The position numbers were made by a program, and so were the translations under genes. A stretch of 64,000 nucleotides of DNA from Chloroflexota bacterium (GTDB taxonomy: Bacteria; Chloroflexota; Dehalococcoidia; Lucifugimonadales; UBA2985): the NCBI GenBank assembly GCA_028877205.1, contig JAPPHY010000007.1, positions 166,280-230,279 of the forward strand. Reading direction: 5' to 3'. Under the pieces are notes generated by a model, which searched no databases, was not told the DNA's origin, and saw nothing but the letters and a program-made list of their open reading frames with translations. Below are positions 8,760 to 17,808 of the stretch, piece by piece (the stretch's first letter is position 1; every line of letters begins with the position of its first letter).

Positions 8760-8927
8760 ATGCGTACGCTAACCGCACTTCTGATACTCGCCGGAGCAGC
8801 GATAGTGGTGCTTCGCTTCTTGAACGCGTACAGGATCACCGCGAAGTTCGAGATGCGCAGGCGTGACCAGGACGCCGATGACGGCATGGAGATGACCGCG
8901 CTGTTCGAGATGAACCGACGCGGCTGA
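8760..8927 (+). CDS. Small (55 aa) single-pass membrane peptide, not in ORF track
   Basis: MRTLTALLILAGAAIVVLRFLNAYRITAKFEMRRRDQDADDGMEMTALFEMNRRG; hydrophobic N-terminus, mostly G/C third positions, fills the gap between two minus-strand genes. Confidence 0.6.
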   Translation: MRTLTALLILAGAAIVVLRFLNAYRITAKFEMRRRDQDADDGMEMTALFEMNRRG

Positions 8928-8943
8928 GTGCGCGCCTCTCCGC

Positions 8944-9573
8944 CTACCCCGCGCTTGTGTAGAACGCGGCCGTTCGCGCCGCAGCAGCTCTTGCGGCTTC
9001 CGGGTCGTCTCCGGCGTCGATCGATGCCTGCGCCCAGCCGTCGCTGCTGCCCACGACGAGCGCGCGTCCTTCCGGCGACGCGGCGAACTCCTCTTCGTCA
9101 ATCTTCGGGGCGTCCGGCTGCGCCAGATGTAGCGAAAGCCCCAGCAGCCCCATCTCCCAGCCCACGCCTGCGGCGCCCGGTCCGAACTCGTCCCAGTGCG
9201 GCGAAAGCAGCGCCTCGTGCGATAGCGTGAACCTAGCGCGACCGGCCCCTTCCCTCACAAAGCGGACCTCCACCCAGCTGACGTCGCCGGCGAACTCCCA
9301 CGTCACACCGAGGCGGGAGCGCCTCAGGCACGTGACGATCGTCCCGCCTGCGTTGCCCTCCAGCTGAAAGCGGCCTCCGGGTTGCAGGTCGCCGCTCACG
9401 GGCATGAACCAGCGCGGGAGGCGGTTCGCACTGGTGATGGCGTCCCACAGGTTGTCCACGCGCGCCGGGAAGCTCCGCGCCAGCGTCACAACACTAGTGG
9501 GCCGGCCGTCGCGCTCCGTATAGCTCACAGCACGCGTTACAGAGCTCAGCTGATCGTCCACGTTCAGGTTCAA
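8944..9573 (-). CDS. SRPBCC/Aha1 domain protein
   Basis: LWDAITSANRLPRWFMPVSGDLQPGGRFQLEGNAGG..FGPGAAGVGW. Confidence 0.88.
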   Translation of the reverse strand: MNLNVDDQLSSVTRAVSYTERDGRPTSVVTLARSFPARVDNLWDAITSANRLPRWFMPVSGDLQPGGRFQLEGNAGGTIVTCLRRSRLGVTWEFAGDVSWVEVRFVREGAGRARFTLSHEALLSPHWDEFGPGAAGVGWEMGLLGLSLHLAQPDAPKIDEEEFAASPEGRALVVGSSDGWAQASIDAGDDPEAARAAAARTAAFYTSAG

Positions 9574-9582
9574 GGCTCCTCC

Positions 9583-10530
9583 TCAGCTAACGTCTGTCAG
9601 CGTCGTTCCAGCGAAGTCGCCGTAGCCCCGCATGAACTCGGCCGCCTCCATGACGCGACGACCCTCCGGCTGCACCCTCACGAGGCCCAGCACGCCGTCG
9701 CCTGTCGCCACACCAACGGGGGCAGGCCCGTCGGACGGCAGCCTCAGTACCGAACCAGGCGCGGAGGTGACCAACTCCGGAATCGGTACCGCCTCCACGA
9801 CCTTCAGCAGGCCCCCGCGCCATCGCGTGTACGAGCCAGGCCAGGGCGTGAATGCGCGCACCTGCCGCCACAGCTCGGCCGCGGACAGCTCCCAGCGGAT
9901 AGCGCCGTCCTCCTTGGTGAGCTTGCGGGCGTAGGTGGCGCGGCTGCCGTCCTGCGGCACGGGCGTGACCTCGCCGCGGCCGTAGGCGGGCAGGACGCGC
10001 GCCAGCAGGTCTGCTCCGCGGCTGAACAGCTCGTCCGTGAGCGCTCCCGTCGTGTCTTCAGGCATCGACGGCCTCTCCTCCTGTGCAAGGACAGGCCCTG
10101 AGTCCGTACCGCGGTCCAGCAGCATGAGCGATACGCCGCCAATTTCGTCGCCCTCCAGGATGGTGAAGGCGACGGGCGACGGCCCGCGATGCCTCGGCAG
10201 CAGCGATGGATGTAAGTTGACGCAACCCAGGGGCGGCGCTTCAACCACGGCGCGCGGCAGGATCAGCCCGTAGGCCGCAATGACGACCACCTCCGGCTCC
10301 AGCGCAATGATCTCGGCCTGCGCGATCGCGTCACGAAGGGTTGCGGGCTGCAGGACTCGCAGCCCTTGGGACTCCGCGTACACCTTGACCGGCGGCGGCA
10401 TCAGTCCACGGCCGCGGCCGGCGGGCCGGTCGGGCTGCGTCACGACGCCAACCACGCTGTGGCCTCCCTCCAGCAGCGCGGTCAGCGGGGTCACCGCGTA
10501 GGCAGGCGTACCCATGTATATCACTCGCAC
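9583..10530 (-). CDS. fmt: Methionyl-tRNA formyltransferase
   Basis: MRVIYMGTP, VVTQPDRPAGRG, NLHPSLLPRHRGPSP; GTG start at 10530. Confidence 0.95.
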   Translation of the reverse strand: MRVIYMGTPAYAVTPLTALLEGGHSVVGVVTQPDRPAGRGRGLMPPPVKVYAESQGLRVLQPATLRDAIAQAEIIALEPEVVVIAAYGLILPRAVVEAPPLGCVNLHPSLLPRHRGPSPVAFTILEGDEIGGVSLMLLDRGTDSGPVLAQEERPSMPEDTTGALTDELFSRGADLLARVLPAYGRGEVTPVPQDGSRATYARKLTKEDGAIRWELSAAELWRQVRAFTPWPGSYTRWRGGLLKVVEAVPIPELVTSAPGSVLRLPSDGPAPVGVATGDGVLGLVRVQPEGRRVMEAAEFMRGYGDFAGTTLTDVS

Positions 10531-10821
10531 TTCTGCTCCTTCGCGGCCGATTATAGTAGGACAAGGAGACCCAAACAACGGCCCCCCAAAGTCTCCGAAA
10601 ATTCCCGTCACAACCCTCTTGCACCCCCCAAACAACCCTCCTGTTATATTCTGTTTGGCCGATGTACTCGCTCCTCTGACACCCATTTTCGGCCTCATCG
10701 CGTACTTCACGCCGCCCGGCCTCCGGGCGCCTCTCCAGCGCCTCCCGGCGCTATCGATCCACGGTACGTCCGACTAGCACCGCGTCTACGCGCGGCCACC
10801 TTGAGGAGAGGCGACAGAGCG

Positions 10822-12207
10822 TTGAACCACCCGAGTCCCCGCACCGTTTGGGAGGCCGCCCTGGGGAGGCTGGAGCTGCAGGTCAGCAGACCCAGTTTCG
10901 CCACCTGGCTCCGGGACACCTCGGCCGTCTCCTTTGACGACGGTCGGATGGTGGTTGCAACGCCGTCGCTGTTCGCGGCACGGTGGCTCGAGCAGAGGAT
11001 GTCATCCCTGGTGGAGGCCACTCTCACCCAGATCGCAGGGCGTCCATCCACCGTGCGATTCCAGGTTGCAGGGACGCCTGCGTCCGCCGAACCCAGGTCT
11101 GTTGCCACACCCACTTCCAGTGGTGACTGTGATGACTGGCCCGCCGATCCACCGGCATCCTCGGGTCGCGGATTCGCGCTCAACCCGCGCTATACGCTTG
11201 GCTCCTTCGTAGTGGGCGCGTCCAACCAGCTCGCGTACGCCGCGGCGGTCGCAGTCTCCACCCGCCCGGGCGCCGCGTACAACCCGCTTTTCCTGTACGG
11301 GGGAGTTGGCCTCGGAAAGACGCACCTGCTGCACGGCATCGGCAATGCCTCTGCCAGCAGGGGCCTTTCGTGCCTCTACGTCAGCTCCGAGCAGTTCACC
11401 AACGACTTCATCACCTCCCTGCAGACGAAGCGGACGCGCGAGTTCCGAGAGAAGTACCGATCCGTTGACGTGCTCCTCATGGACGACATCCAGTTCCTCC
11501 GCGGGAAGGAGACCGTTCAGGAGAGCTTCTTCCACACCTTCAACGACCTGCACAACTCAAATCGCCAGATAGTCCTGGCGTGCGACAGGCCAACGTCCGC
11601 GCTTTCCCCGATCGAGGATCGCATCCGCTCCCGGCTCCAGTGGGGCTTGAGCGCGGACATACAGTTGCCGGCACAGGAGACCCGAAGAGCCATCCTTGAG
11701 CTCAAGGCGAGAGAGATCGGCGTGGACGTACCAACCGACGTGCTCAACCTTCTTACGGACCGCTTTGCCGGGAGCGTTCGCGACATGGAGGGTGCACTGA
11801 ACCGGGTTGCTGCTTACGCTGACCTTACGGGAACCGCCATCGACCTCGCGCTCGCGCATAGTGCCCTCGGCGAACTGCTGGCCTTACCGCCAGCACCCAC
11901 ACCCTCGCCCCAGGCCATCCTCAGCACCGTCTGTGGCCACTACCAGGTTGACCTTCGTGCAGTCGTGAGCAAGCGGCGAGACCGGAAGGTTACCCTCGCG
12001 CGACAGGTCGCTATCTACCTGCTACGAGAGCAGGCACTGATGCCGCTCAAGAGTATCGGCGCGCTAGTCGGCAACCGAGAGCATCCTTCAGTGAGGCAGG
12101 CATGGGCCAAGATAGGCAGGGAGCGCGATGTGGATCCCTCTTTGGACGCGGAACTCCGTTCGCTGTCCGAGTCCCTGTTCGCGCCGCGGGAAGCTACTCC
12201 CTCCTAA
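10822..12207 (+). CDS. dnaA: Chromosomal replication initiator DnaA
   Basis: FATW domain I, YNPLFLYGGVGLGKTHL, DVLLMDDIQF, QESFFHTFN, RSRLQWGL, VRDMEGAL; TTG start at 10822. Confidence 0.95.
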   Translation: MNHPSPRTVWEAALGRLELQVSRPSFATWLRDTSAVSFDDGRMVVATPSLFAARWLEQRMSSLVEATLTQIAGRPSTVRFQVAGTPASAEPRSVATPTSSGDCDDWPADPPASSGRGFALNPRYTLGSFVVGASNQLAYAAAVAVSTRPGAAYNPLFLYGGVGLGKTHLLHGIGNASASRGLSCLYVSSEQFTNDFITSLQTKRTREFREKYRSVDVLLMDDIQFLRGKETVQESFFHTFNDLHNSNRQIVLACDRPTSALSPIEDRIRSRLQWGLSADIQLPAQETRRAILELKAREIGVDVPTDVLNLLTDRFAGSVRDMEGALNRVAAYADLTGTAIDLALAHSALGELLALPPAPTPSPQAILSTVCGHYQVDLRAVVSKRRDRKVTLARQVAIYLLREQALMPLKSIGALVGNREHPSVRQAWAKIGRERDVDPSLDAELRSLSESLFAPREATPS

Positions 12208-12366
12208 CTTCGTATGCAGTTCTTTACTTATCACCATATTACTTCCTCTCTAGCAGTAGCAGGTGTTGCGAAACTTGGCCTCTTCCTACAGCCAGCAAAT
12301 TCACATTAGCTACACAGTCAGCTATTATTACTGCTATCTGCTTCTTATGGAAGAAACACATAAGGG
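12208..12366. other. oriC: Probable replication origin oriC / DNA unwinding element
   Basis: AT-rich gap after dnaA; AAATTCACA..AGCTACACA-GTCAG followed by trinucleotide run CTA TTA TTA CTG CTA (12322-12336); + strand looks C-rich before and G-rich after. Confidence 0.75.
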
Positions 12367-13635
12367 ATGATTGATACAGCAACGATAGTTGTCAAAGGTG
12401 GAAAAGGTGGAACGGGAGTAGTGAGCTTCCGGAGGGAGAAGTACGTTCCGCGTGGTGGTCCAGATGGTGGCGATGGGGGAGCTGGCGGAGACGTTCTGTT
12501 AGAGGCACAGTCGGGACACCACCTTCTTCAAGTGTTCCGCTCCCGGAAGTACTTCTCAGCGAGAGACGGACACAATGGTCAGAGTGGTGACAAGACTGGT
12601 CGTGCCGGGGAGGCTCACGTAATAGGAGTTCCTGTTGGGACTCTTGTTACACGGCGTACAAGTGGTGGAGACAGGACACTTCTCGCGGATCTCACTGAGG
12701 TTGGAGCAACCGCCTTGGTTGCGAGAGGTGGCCGCGGAGGTAGGGGGAACGCGCGATTTGCGCACGCGCAGAACCGGGTGCCTGTGCTCGCTGAAGATGG
12801 GGAGATCCCTTGTGAGGTCACCCTAGAGCTAGAGCTTCAGCTACTCGCGGACGTGGCGATTATGGGCATGCCAAGCGTAGGTAAATCGTCCTTGCTCAGG
12901 GCCTCTACCCGAGCGCACCCGGAAGTGGCCGCGTATCCGTTCACGACCCTCGAGCCTGTGCTAGGCTTCGTGATCGGCCAAGAGAGGGACTTCGTGCTGG
13001 TAGAGATCCCGGGTCTGCTTGAGGGGGCACACCGCGGAGTTGGCCTTGGTTCTGACTTCCTGCGCCACGCGGAGCGGGTGAAGACCGTCATTCACCTCAT
13101 TGATGGGGCTGCGGAGGATCCCGTCGGCGACTACATCCGCATCCGCGAGGAGATGCGCCTGCACGGTGGAACCCTCGCGGGCAAGCCGGAGATCGTGGCC
13201 GTGAACAAAATGGATGTGCCGGAAGCAGAGGCACGTCGAGAGGAGATCGAGTCATCACTGCGAGCGCGCGGAGTCAGGCCCAGCTTTATTTCGGCTGCCG
13301 GCGAGGTAGGCGTTGGAGACCTGTTGCTCCGGGTGGAACAGATGCTGGCTGACCACGCAGTCCCTACCCCGGCGCAGGCTCAGCCGCCGGCAGTCGTGCT
13401 GACGCCGCAGCCTGTCGGGCCGCGCGTGTCGGTGGAGCGAGATGGTGATGTGTTCGTGCTGCGCGCCGACCGGGCGGAACGCATTGTTCGCCGGGTCAAC
13501 TTGGACGACTGGATGGTGCAGGTCCAACTGTGGGGCGAACTGAGGCGTATGGGCGCAGTCCGCGCCCTGGAGCGCGCCGGCGCCCGTGCCGGCACCACCG
13601 TGAGGGTCGGGGACTGGGAGCTGGAGTGGAAGTAG
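12367..13635 (+). CDS. obg: GTPase ObgE/CgtA
   Basis: FRREKYVPRGGPDGGDGG, GMPSVGKSS, YPFTT, NKMD, C-terminal OCT domain. Confidence 0.96.
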   Translation: MIDTATIVVKGGKGGTGVVSFRREKYVPRGGPDGGDGGAGGDVLLEAQSGHHLLQVFRSRKYFSARDGHNGQSGDKTGRAGEAHVIGVPVGTLVTRRTSGGDRTLLADLTEVGATALVARGGRGGRGNARFAHAQNRVPVLAEDGEIPCEVTLELELQLLADVAIMGMPSVGKSSLLRASTRAHPEVAAYPFTTLEPVLGFVIGQERDFVLVEIPGLLEGAHRGVGLGSDFLRHAERVKTVIHLIDGAAEDPVGDYIRIREEMRLHGGTLAGKPEIVAVNKMDVPEAEARREEIESSLRARGVRPSFISAAGEVGVGDLLLRVEQMLADHAVPTPAQAQPPAVVLTPQPVGPRVSVERDGDVFVLRADRAERIVRRVNLDDWMVQVQLWGELRRMGAVRALERAGARAGTTVRVGDWELEWK

Positions 13636-13636
13636 C

Positions 13637-14242
13637 GTGAAGCTGGGCGTTTTCGGGGGGACCTTCGATCCGATTCACGTAGGGCATCTCATCATCGCGC
13701 AGGAGGCCGCGGTCGAGGCAGGGCTAGACCGGGTGCTGTTCGTGCCGGCGGGGCAGCCGTGGCTGAAGGCCGGTACGTCTGTGTCGGAGGCAAGGCATCG
13801 GCTGGAGATGACGAGGCTAGCCGTGGGGTTCAACGACCGCTTCGACGTGTCATCTGTGGAGGTAGACAGGTCCGGGCCGACGTACACCGCCGACACCCTG
13901 GAGGAGCTGCAGCAGGGAATGAGAACCTCCGACAGCCTCCACTTCATACTCGGCATGGACGCCCTGGAGAACCTGCACAGGTGGAGCAGGCCGGAGCGCA
14001 TCTTCGCCCTGTGCATGGTCGTTGCGGTGTCGCGTCCCGGCCACCGGGACTTCGACCTGCGGGCGCTGGAGAGCATTGTCTCCGGTGCATCGAGCAGGGT
14101 CTCGGTTGTGGACGGCCCGGGCATAGGGATCAGCGCCGCGGAGATTCGCCGGCGTGTCGTCCAAGGGCTGCCCATCACCCACTGGGTGCCGCGCCCGGTG
14201 GAGGAGTACATATACGAGAACGGACTGTATCAGGAGGTCTAG
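13637..14242 (+). CDS. nadD: Nicotinate-nucleotide adenylyltransferase
   Basis: GVFGGTFDPIHVGH, YTADTL, FILGMDA, ISAAEIR. Confidence 0.95.
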   Translation: MKLGVFGGTFDPIHVGHLIIAQEAAVEAGLDRVLFVPAGQPWLKAGTSVSEARHRLEMTRLAVGFNDRFDVSSVEVDRSGPTYTADTLEELQQGMRTSDSLHFILGMDALENLHRWSRPERIFALCMVVAVSRPGHRDFDLRALESIVSGASSRVSVVDGPGIGISAAEIRRRVVQGLPITHWVPRPVEEYIYENGLYQEV

Positions 14243-14243
14243 C

Positions 14244-14813
14244 GTGAGCGACGAGATGGCCCGCAGGGTGCTGGAGATATCGGAGGAGGTGGGAGCCCTC
14301 AAGTACGGGGAGTTCACCCTGTCCTCGGGCGCAAAGAGCACCTACTACTTCGACGGGCGGCTGGTGAGCCTCCATCCGGAGGGATCCTACTGGCTGGGTC
14401 GGGCCTTTCTCCGCGCCATCGAAGGGGAGGAGGTGACCGCCGTGGGCGGTCCAGCGATGGCCGCGATACCCATCGCCACAGCCGTTGCGCTGACCAGCCG
14501 TATTGAGGGAACGCCAGTGCATGCCTTCTTCGTCAGGTCGGAGGCAAAAGGGCACGGCACAGGCCAGCAGGTGGAGGGCGGCCTGCAGCCAGGCAGCCGC
14601 GTGTTGATCATCGATGACGTCTGCACATCCGGCGGCTCGCTCATAACGGCCATCGAGGCCGTAGAGGCCGCGGGGTGCAGCGTGGCAAGGGTCATGGTGG
14701 TGCTCGACCGCCACCAGGGCGGCGGCGAGGAGCTGCGGCGGCGGGGATACGACTTCCGCGCCCTGCTGGAGCCGGCGTCGGACGGCAGCGTCCGCGTTGC
14801 TGAGCAGGCCTAG
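14244..14813 (+). CDS. pyrE: Orotate phosphoribosyltransferase
   Basis: GEFTLSSGAKSTYYFD, RSEAKGHG, IIDDVCTSGGS PRPP loop. Confidence 0.94.
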   Translation: MSDEMARRVLEISEEVGALKYGEFTLSSGAKSTYYFDGRLVSLHPEGSYWLGRAFLRAIEGEEVTAVGGPAMAAIPIATAVALTSRIEGTPVHAFFVRSEAKGHGTGQQVEGGLQPGSRVLIIDDVCTSGGSLITAIEAVEAAGCSVARVMVVLDRHQGGGEELRRRGYDFRALLEPASDGSVRVAEQA

Positions 14814-15454
14814 ATGCCCACTATGCGGATAGCTGTCCGCGCCTTGTACAGCCGGTTGACGTTCAGCAGTAGAGGCGTGAGACCCTCGACGTAACGAGAT
14901 CCCGCCAGCCCGCCTCCGTCCACGGCCCGCAACGCGGGGATCCGCTCCGCCAGCCCCATCACGAGCCGCTTGGCAGCGGCGTCGTCTGCGCACACCACCA
15001 CGTCGCCTTCCACGGGATGCGGCGCGTCCAGTAGGTCTCGCGCGCTGATGGTCTGGAAGGCGGCAACCATGTTGCTGCCGGGCAGCAGCGCCTGCGCCTG
15101 CAGCGCCGCCGATCCCTCCTCCACGTGCAACAGTTCGAATACACCCCCTGTGCGTGTGAGAGCAACCGCCGTATCCAGCACGATCTTCCCGCGCAGCCGC
15201 TCCCGCAGGGGCACGAGCACGGCGCGCTGGGCCTCGAACGGCACGGCGACGACAACCGTGTCGGCGCGCTCAGCGGCCTCCTCGTTCAGGCCGCCCTGCA
15301 CATCAGTGGTGACGCCTTGAGCGCGCAGGCTCTCGCCTGCCGCGGTGGCGCGGGCCGCGTCGCGCGAGCCGATGAAAACCGGCTCGCCGGCGAGGCCGAG
15401 CCGCAGGGCCAGACCCATTCCCTCAGGTCCGGTGCCTCCCAGGAATCCCAGCAA
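14810..15454 (-). CDS. npdG: NADPH-dependent F420 reductase (F420H2:NADP+ oxidoreductase)
   Basis: LGFLGGTGPEGMGLA, IGSR, EGSAA, VAAFQTISA, VEGLTPLLLNVN; TTG start after GGGAGG. Confidence 0.88.
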   Translation of the reverse strand: MLGFLGGTGPEGMGLALRLGLAGEPVFIGSRDAARATAAGESLRAQGVTTDVQGGLNEEAAERADTVVVAVPFEAQRAVLVPLRERLRGKIVLDTAVALTRTGGVFELLHVEEGSAALQAQALLPGSNMVAAFQTISARDLLDAPHPVEGDVVVCADDAAAKRLVMGLAERIPALRAVDGGGLAGSRYVEGLTPLLLNVNRLYKARTAIRIVGI

Positions 15455-15583
15455 TGGCAGCCTCCCGTGGTGCGCAGGATACGCAGGCACTATACCACCG
15501 GCGCGACGGCGGGACAAACCGCCGGGAGTTGCGAGCGTGGGCCGCCCGTGCTATAACTGGACTGGAAGATGGGAGGGAGAGGA

Positions 15584-16630
15584 TTGAGCATCTACACTCG
15601 TCTGGTACGCCCCCTCCTTTTCAGACTTCCTCCCGAGAGAGCGCAGAGACTCGCCGAAACGTTCCTTGTCGCCGGTCCCGTCTGGCGCGCCGTCTCCGCC
15701 TTGGACGACCCGAGGCTCCATGCCGAGGTAGCGGGCATCCGCCTGCCGAACCCCATCGGTCTGGCCGCCGGCTACGACAAGGACTGCGCCATGCTGGGCC
15801 GCCTGGCAAGCCTGGGCTTCGGCTACATGGTGGGAGGCACGGTGACGGCGCAGCCGCGCCCGGGTAACCCTAGGCCCCGCATCGTGCGCAACCCCGGCGG
15901 CGGCTCGCTGGTGAACTCGCTCGGATTCCCCAGCAGAGGCGTGGAGGAGGCGGCCCGAAGGCTCAGTCGGCGCGCACCCAACGTTCCCTTGCTCCTCAGC
16001 ATCTCCGGCCTGACCCTCGGTGAGTTCTCGCTTTGCTACCGCAAGCTGAGTCCGCTCTGCGGCGGCGTCGAGCTCAACGTCAGCTCCCCTAACACGGAGG
16101 GCATACGCGTGTTCCAGGAGCCGGGGAGGCTAGGCGAGCTGCTTTCCGCGCTCAGTGCGGAGAAGACGGGACCGCTATTCCTGAAACTGCCTCCTTATTT
16201 CGACGACGACCAGAGGGACGGCGTGATGAGACTAGTGGACGTGTGCCTGGATGGCGGCGTGGAGGGCGTGACAGTGTCCAACACCCATCCCGTGCCCGAC
16301 GAAAGGCTGGCCGTCGGACGGGGCGGGATGAGCGGCAGGCCGCTGCTTCCCCATACGCTTCGCATGGTGTCTGAAGTCAGGCGCCAAGCCGGTGACGGCC
16401 TGGCGATTAACGGGTGCGGAGGCATCTCATCAGGCGAGGATGCGCTGAGCGTGCTCCGCGCCGGCGCCGACACTCTGCAGCTGTTCACCGGCTTCGTCTA
16501 CGAGGGGCCTGGGCTGATGAAGCGAATAAAGCGCTACCTGCTGGACCGCATGGAGGAGGAGGGGGCCTCGTCGCTCGCGGAGTTGACCCGCGCTGCCGGC
16601 GCTTCGCCGCCTCACCATGCGGGCGCGTGA
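15584..16630 (+). CDS. pyrD: Dihydroorotate dehydrogenase, class 2 (quinone)
   Basis: NPIGLAAGYDK, GNPRPR, NSLGFPS, ELNVSSPNT, GGMSG. Confidence 0.92.
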   Translation: MSIYTRLVRPLLFRLPPERAQRLAETFLVAGPVWRAVSALDDPRLHAEVAGIRLPNPIGLAAGYDKDCAMLGRLASLGFGYMVGGTVTAQPRPGNPRPRIVRNPGGGSLVNSLGFPSRGVEEAARRLSRRAPNVPLLLSISGLTLGEFSLCYRKLSPLCGGVELNVSSPNTEGIRVFQEPGRLGELLSALSAEKTGPLFLKLPPYFDDDQRDGVMRLVDVCLDGGVEGVTVSNTHPVPDERLAVGRGGMSGRPLLPHTLRMVSEVRRQAGDGLAINGCGGISSGEDALSVLRAGADTLQLFTGFVYEGPGLMKRIKRYLLDRMEEEGASSLAELTRAAGASPPHHAGA

Positions 16631-16655
16631 GCCGGCGGCGGCGAAGGACGATGGA

Positions 16656-17250
16656 ATGAAGTGTCCCCAGTGCGAACACGCACGCCCGACCGGGCGTCGC
16701 CACCGCCTGTTCTTCAGCCTCGTGGCCCTGGTCCCGATCGCGGCCATCACGGCCTATGCCCTGCTCTTCGCGGGCGACGTTCGAGACCTCCAGAGGCTGG
16801 GGGTATGCCGGCGTACTGGCCGCCAACGTGCTGGCCAGCGGCACCTTCGTGCTGCCGCTGCCCGGGCTTGCAGTCGCATTCGGGGCGGCGGCTGTGTTGA
16901 ATCCCGTGCTGGTTGCCCTGGCAGGCTCCACAGGCTCCACGCTGGGTGAGATGGCGGGTTACGCGGCCGGCGCATCGGCGCACTCGACGTTCGGGGAGAG
17001 GATGGAGCGCAGCCTCTGGTATGGCCGCGTGGAGGGCTGGCTGCGCAGGTACGGAGCGGTCACAATTGTGGCTCTCGCTGCCACGCCTACCCCTCTCTTC
17101 GACGTGGCCGGCTTTGCAGCAGGCTCGCTGGCATATCCCGTGCGCCGTTTCGCCGCGGCGTGCTGGCTGGGGAAGACCGTGAAGTTTATGCTTGTGTCAC
17201 TGGCCGGGGCTTGGTCGATCCACACCTTGGCCGACATATTCGGGCCGTAG
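16656..17250 (+). pseudogene. DedA/VTT (SNARE-associated) membrane protein with a +1 frameshift in a G5 run
   Basis: N-terminal TM ..DLQRLG continues as GYAGVLAANVL..GSTLGEMAGY..TPLFDVAG only if one G at 16799-16803 is removed. Confidence 0.7.
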
Positions 17251-17332
17251 CAGATGCGGCCGGACGGCAAGGTGCTATAATGGCTACGGGCAGTGGTTGC
17301 CCGAGTGCATAAGCGAAGGGAGGTATCGAACA

Positions 17333-17770
17333 ATGTATTCACGAGTCTTGGTGCCCCTGGACAGCAGCGGGCTGGCGGAGAAGGCGATCCCCCATGCGAC
17401 ACAGATTGCCAAGGGGCTGAACGTGCCTATCGTGCTCGTGCGCGTGATCGATCAGGTTGACCCCCAGCTGACCGATCCACAGCACGGCCTCTACCTGGAC
17501 CAGGTCTCCAGCAGCCTCAGGTCAAACGCACAGGAGTACCTGAACAGAGTTGCCTCCTCTTTGCGCGATGAGGGTCTCACGGTTGAGTGCGAGGTCCACG
17601 AGGGCGACGTGGCCTCCCGCATAATCGACCAGGCTGAGATGCAGCCGGACACCCTCATAGCCATGACCACCCACGGATACTCCGGCGTTGCCCGGTGGGT
17701 GATGGGCAGCGTCACCGACAAGATCCTGCGAGGCTCCTCCAACCCTGTCCTCGTGATCCGCGCCGACTAG
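17333..17770 (+). CDS. Universal stress protein
   Basis: VLVPLDSS..AE, IAMTTHGYSG..WVMGSVTDKILR..PVLVIR; GGGAGG RBS. Confidence 0.93.
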   Translation: MYSRVLVPLDSSGLAEKAIPHATQIAKGLNVPIVLVRVIDQVDPQLTDPQHGLYLDQVSSSLRSNAQEYLNRVASSLRDEGLTVECEVHEGDVASRIIDQAEMQPDTLIAMTTHGYSGVARWVMGSVTDKILRGSSNPVLVIRAD

Positions 17771-17808
17771 CGGTCGGGTCAGCCCCCAGCGGCTGCGGGG
17801 ATCAGCTC

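Noticed and set aside
3963-9600. Intact integrative element with attL/attR at tRNA-Ala
   Set aside because: No second copy of the tRNA 3' end and no integrase or transposase seen.
10366-10821. 152-aa N-terminal extension on DnaA and 60-aa extension on Fmt in the ORF track
   Set aside because: The extensions overlap each other and the promoter region; homology starts at TTG 10822 and GTG 10530.
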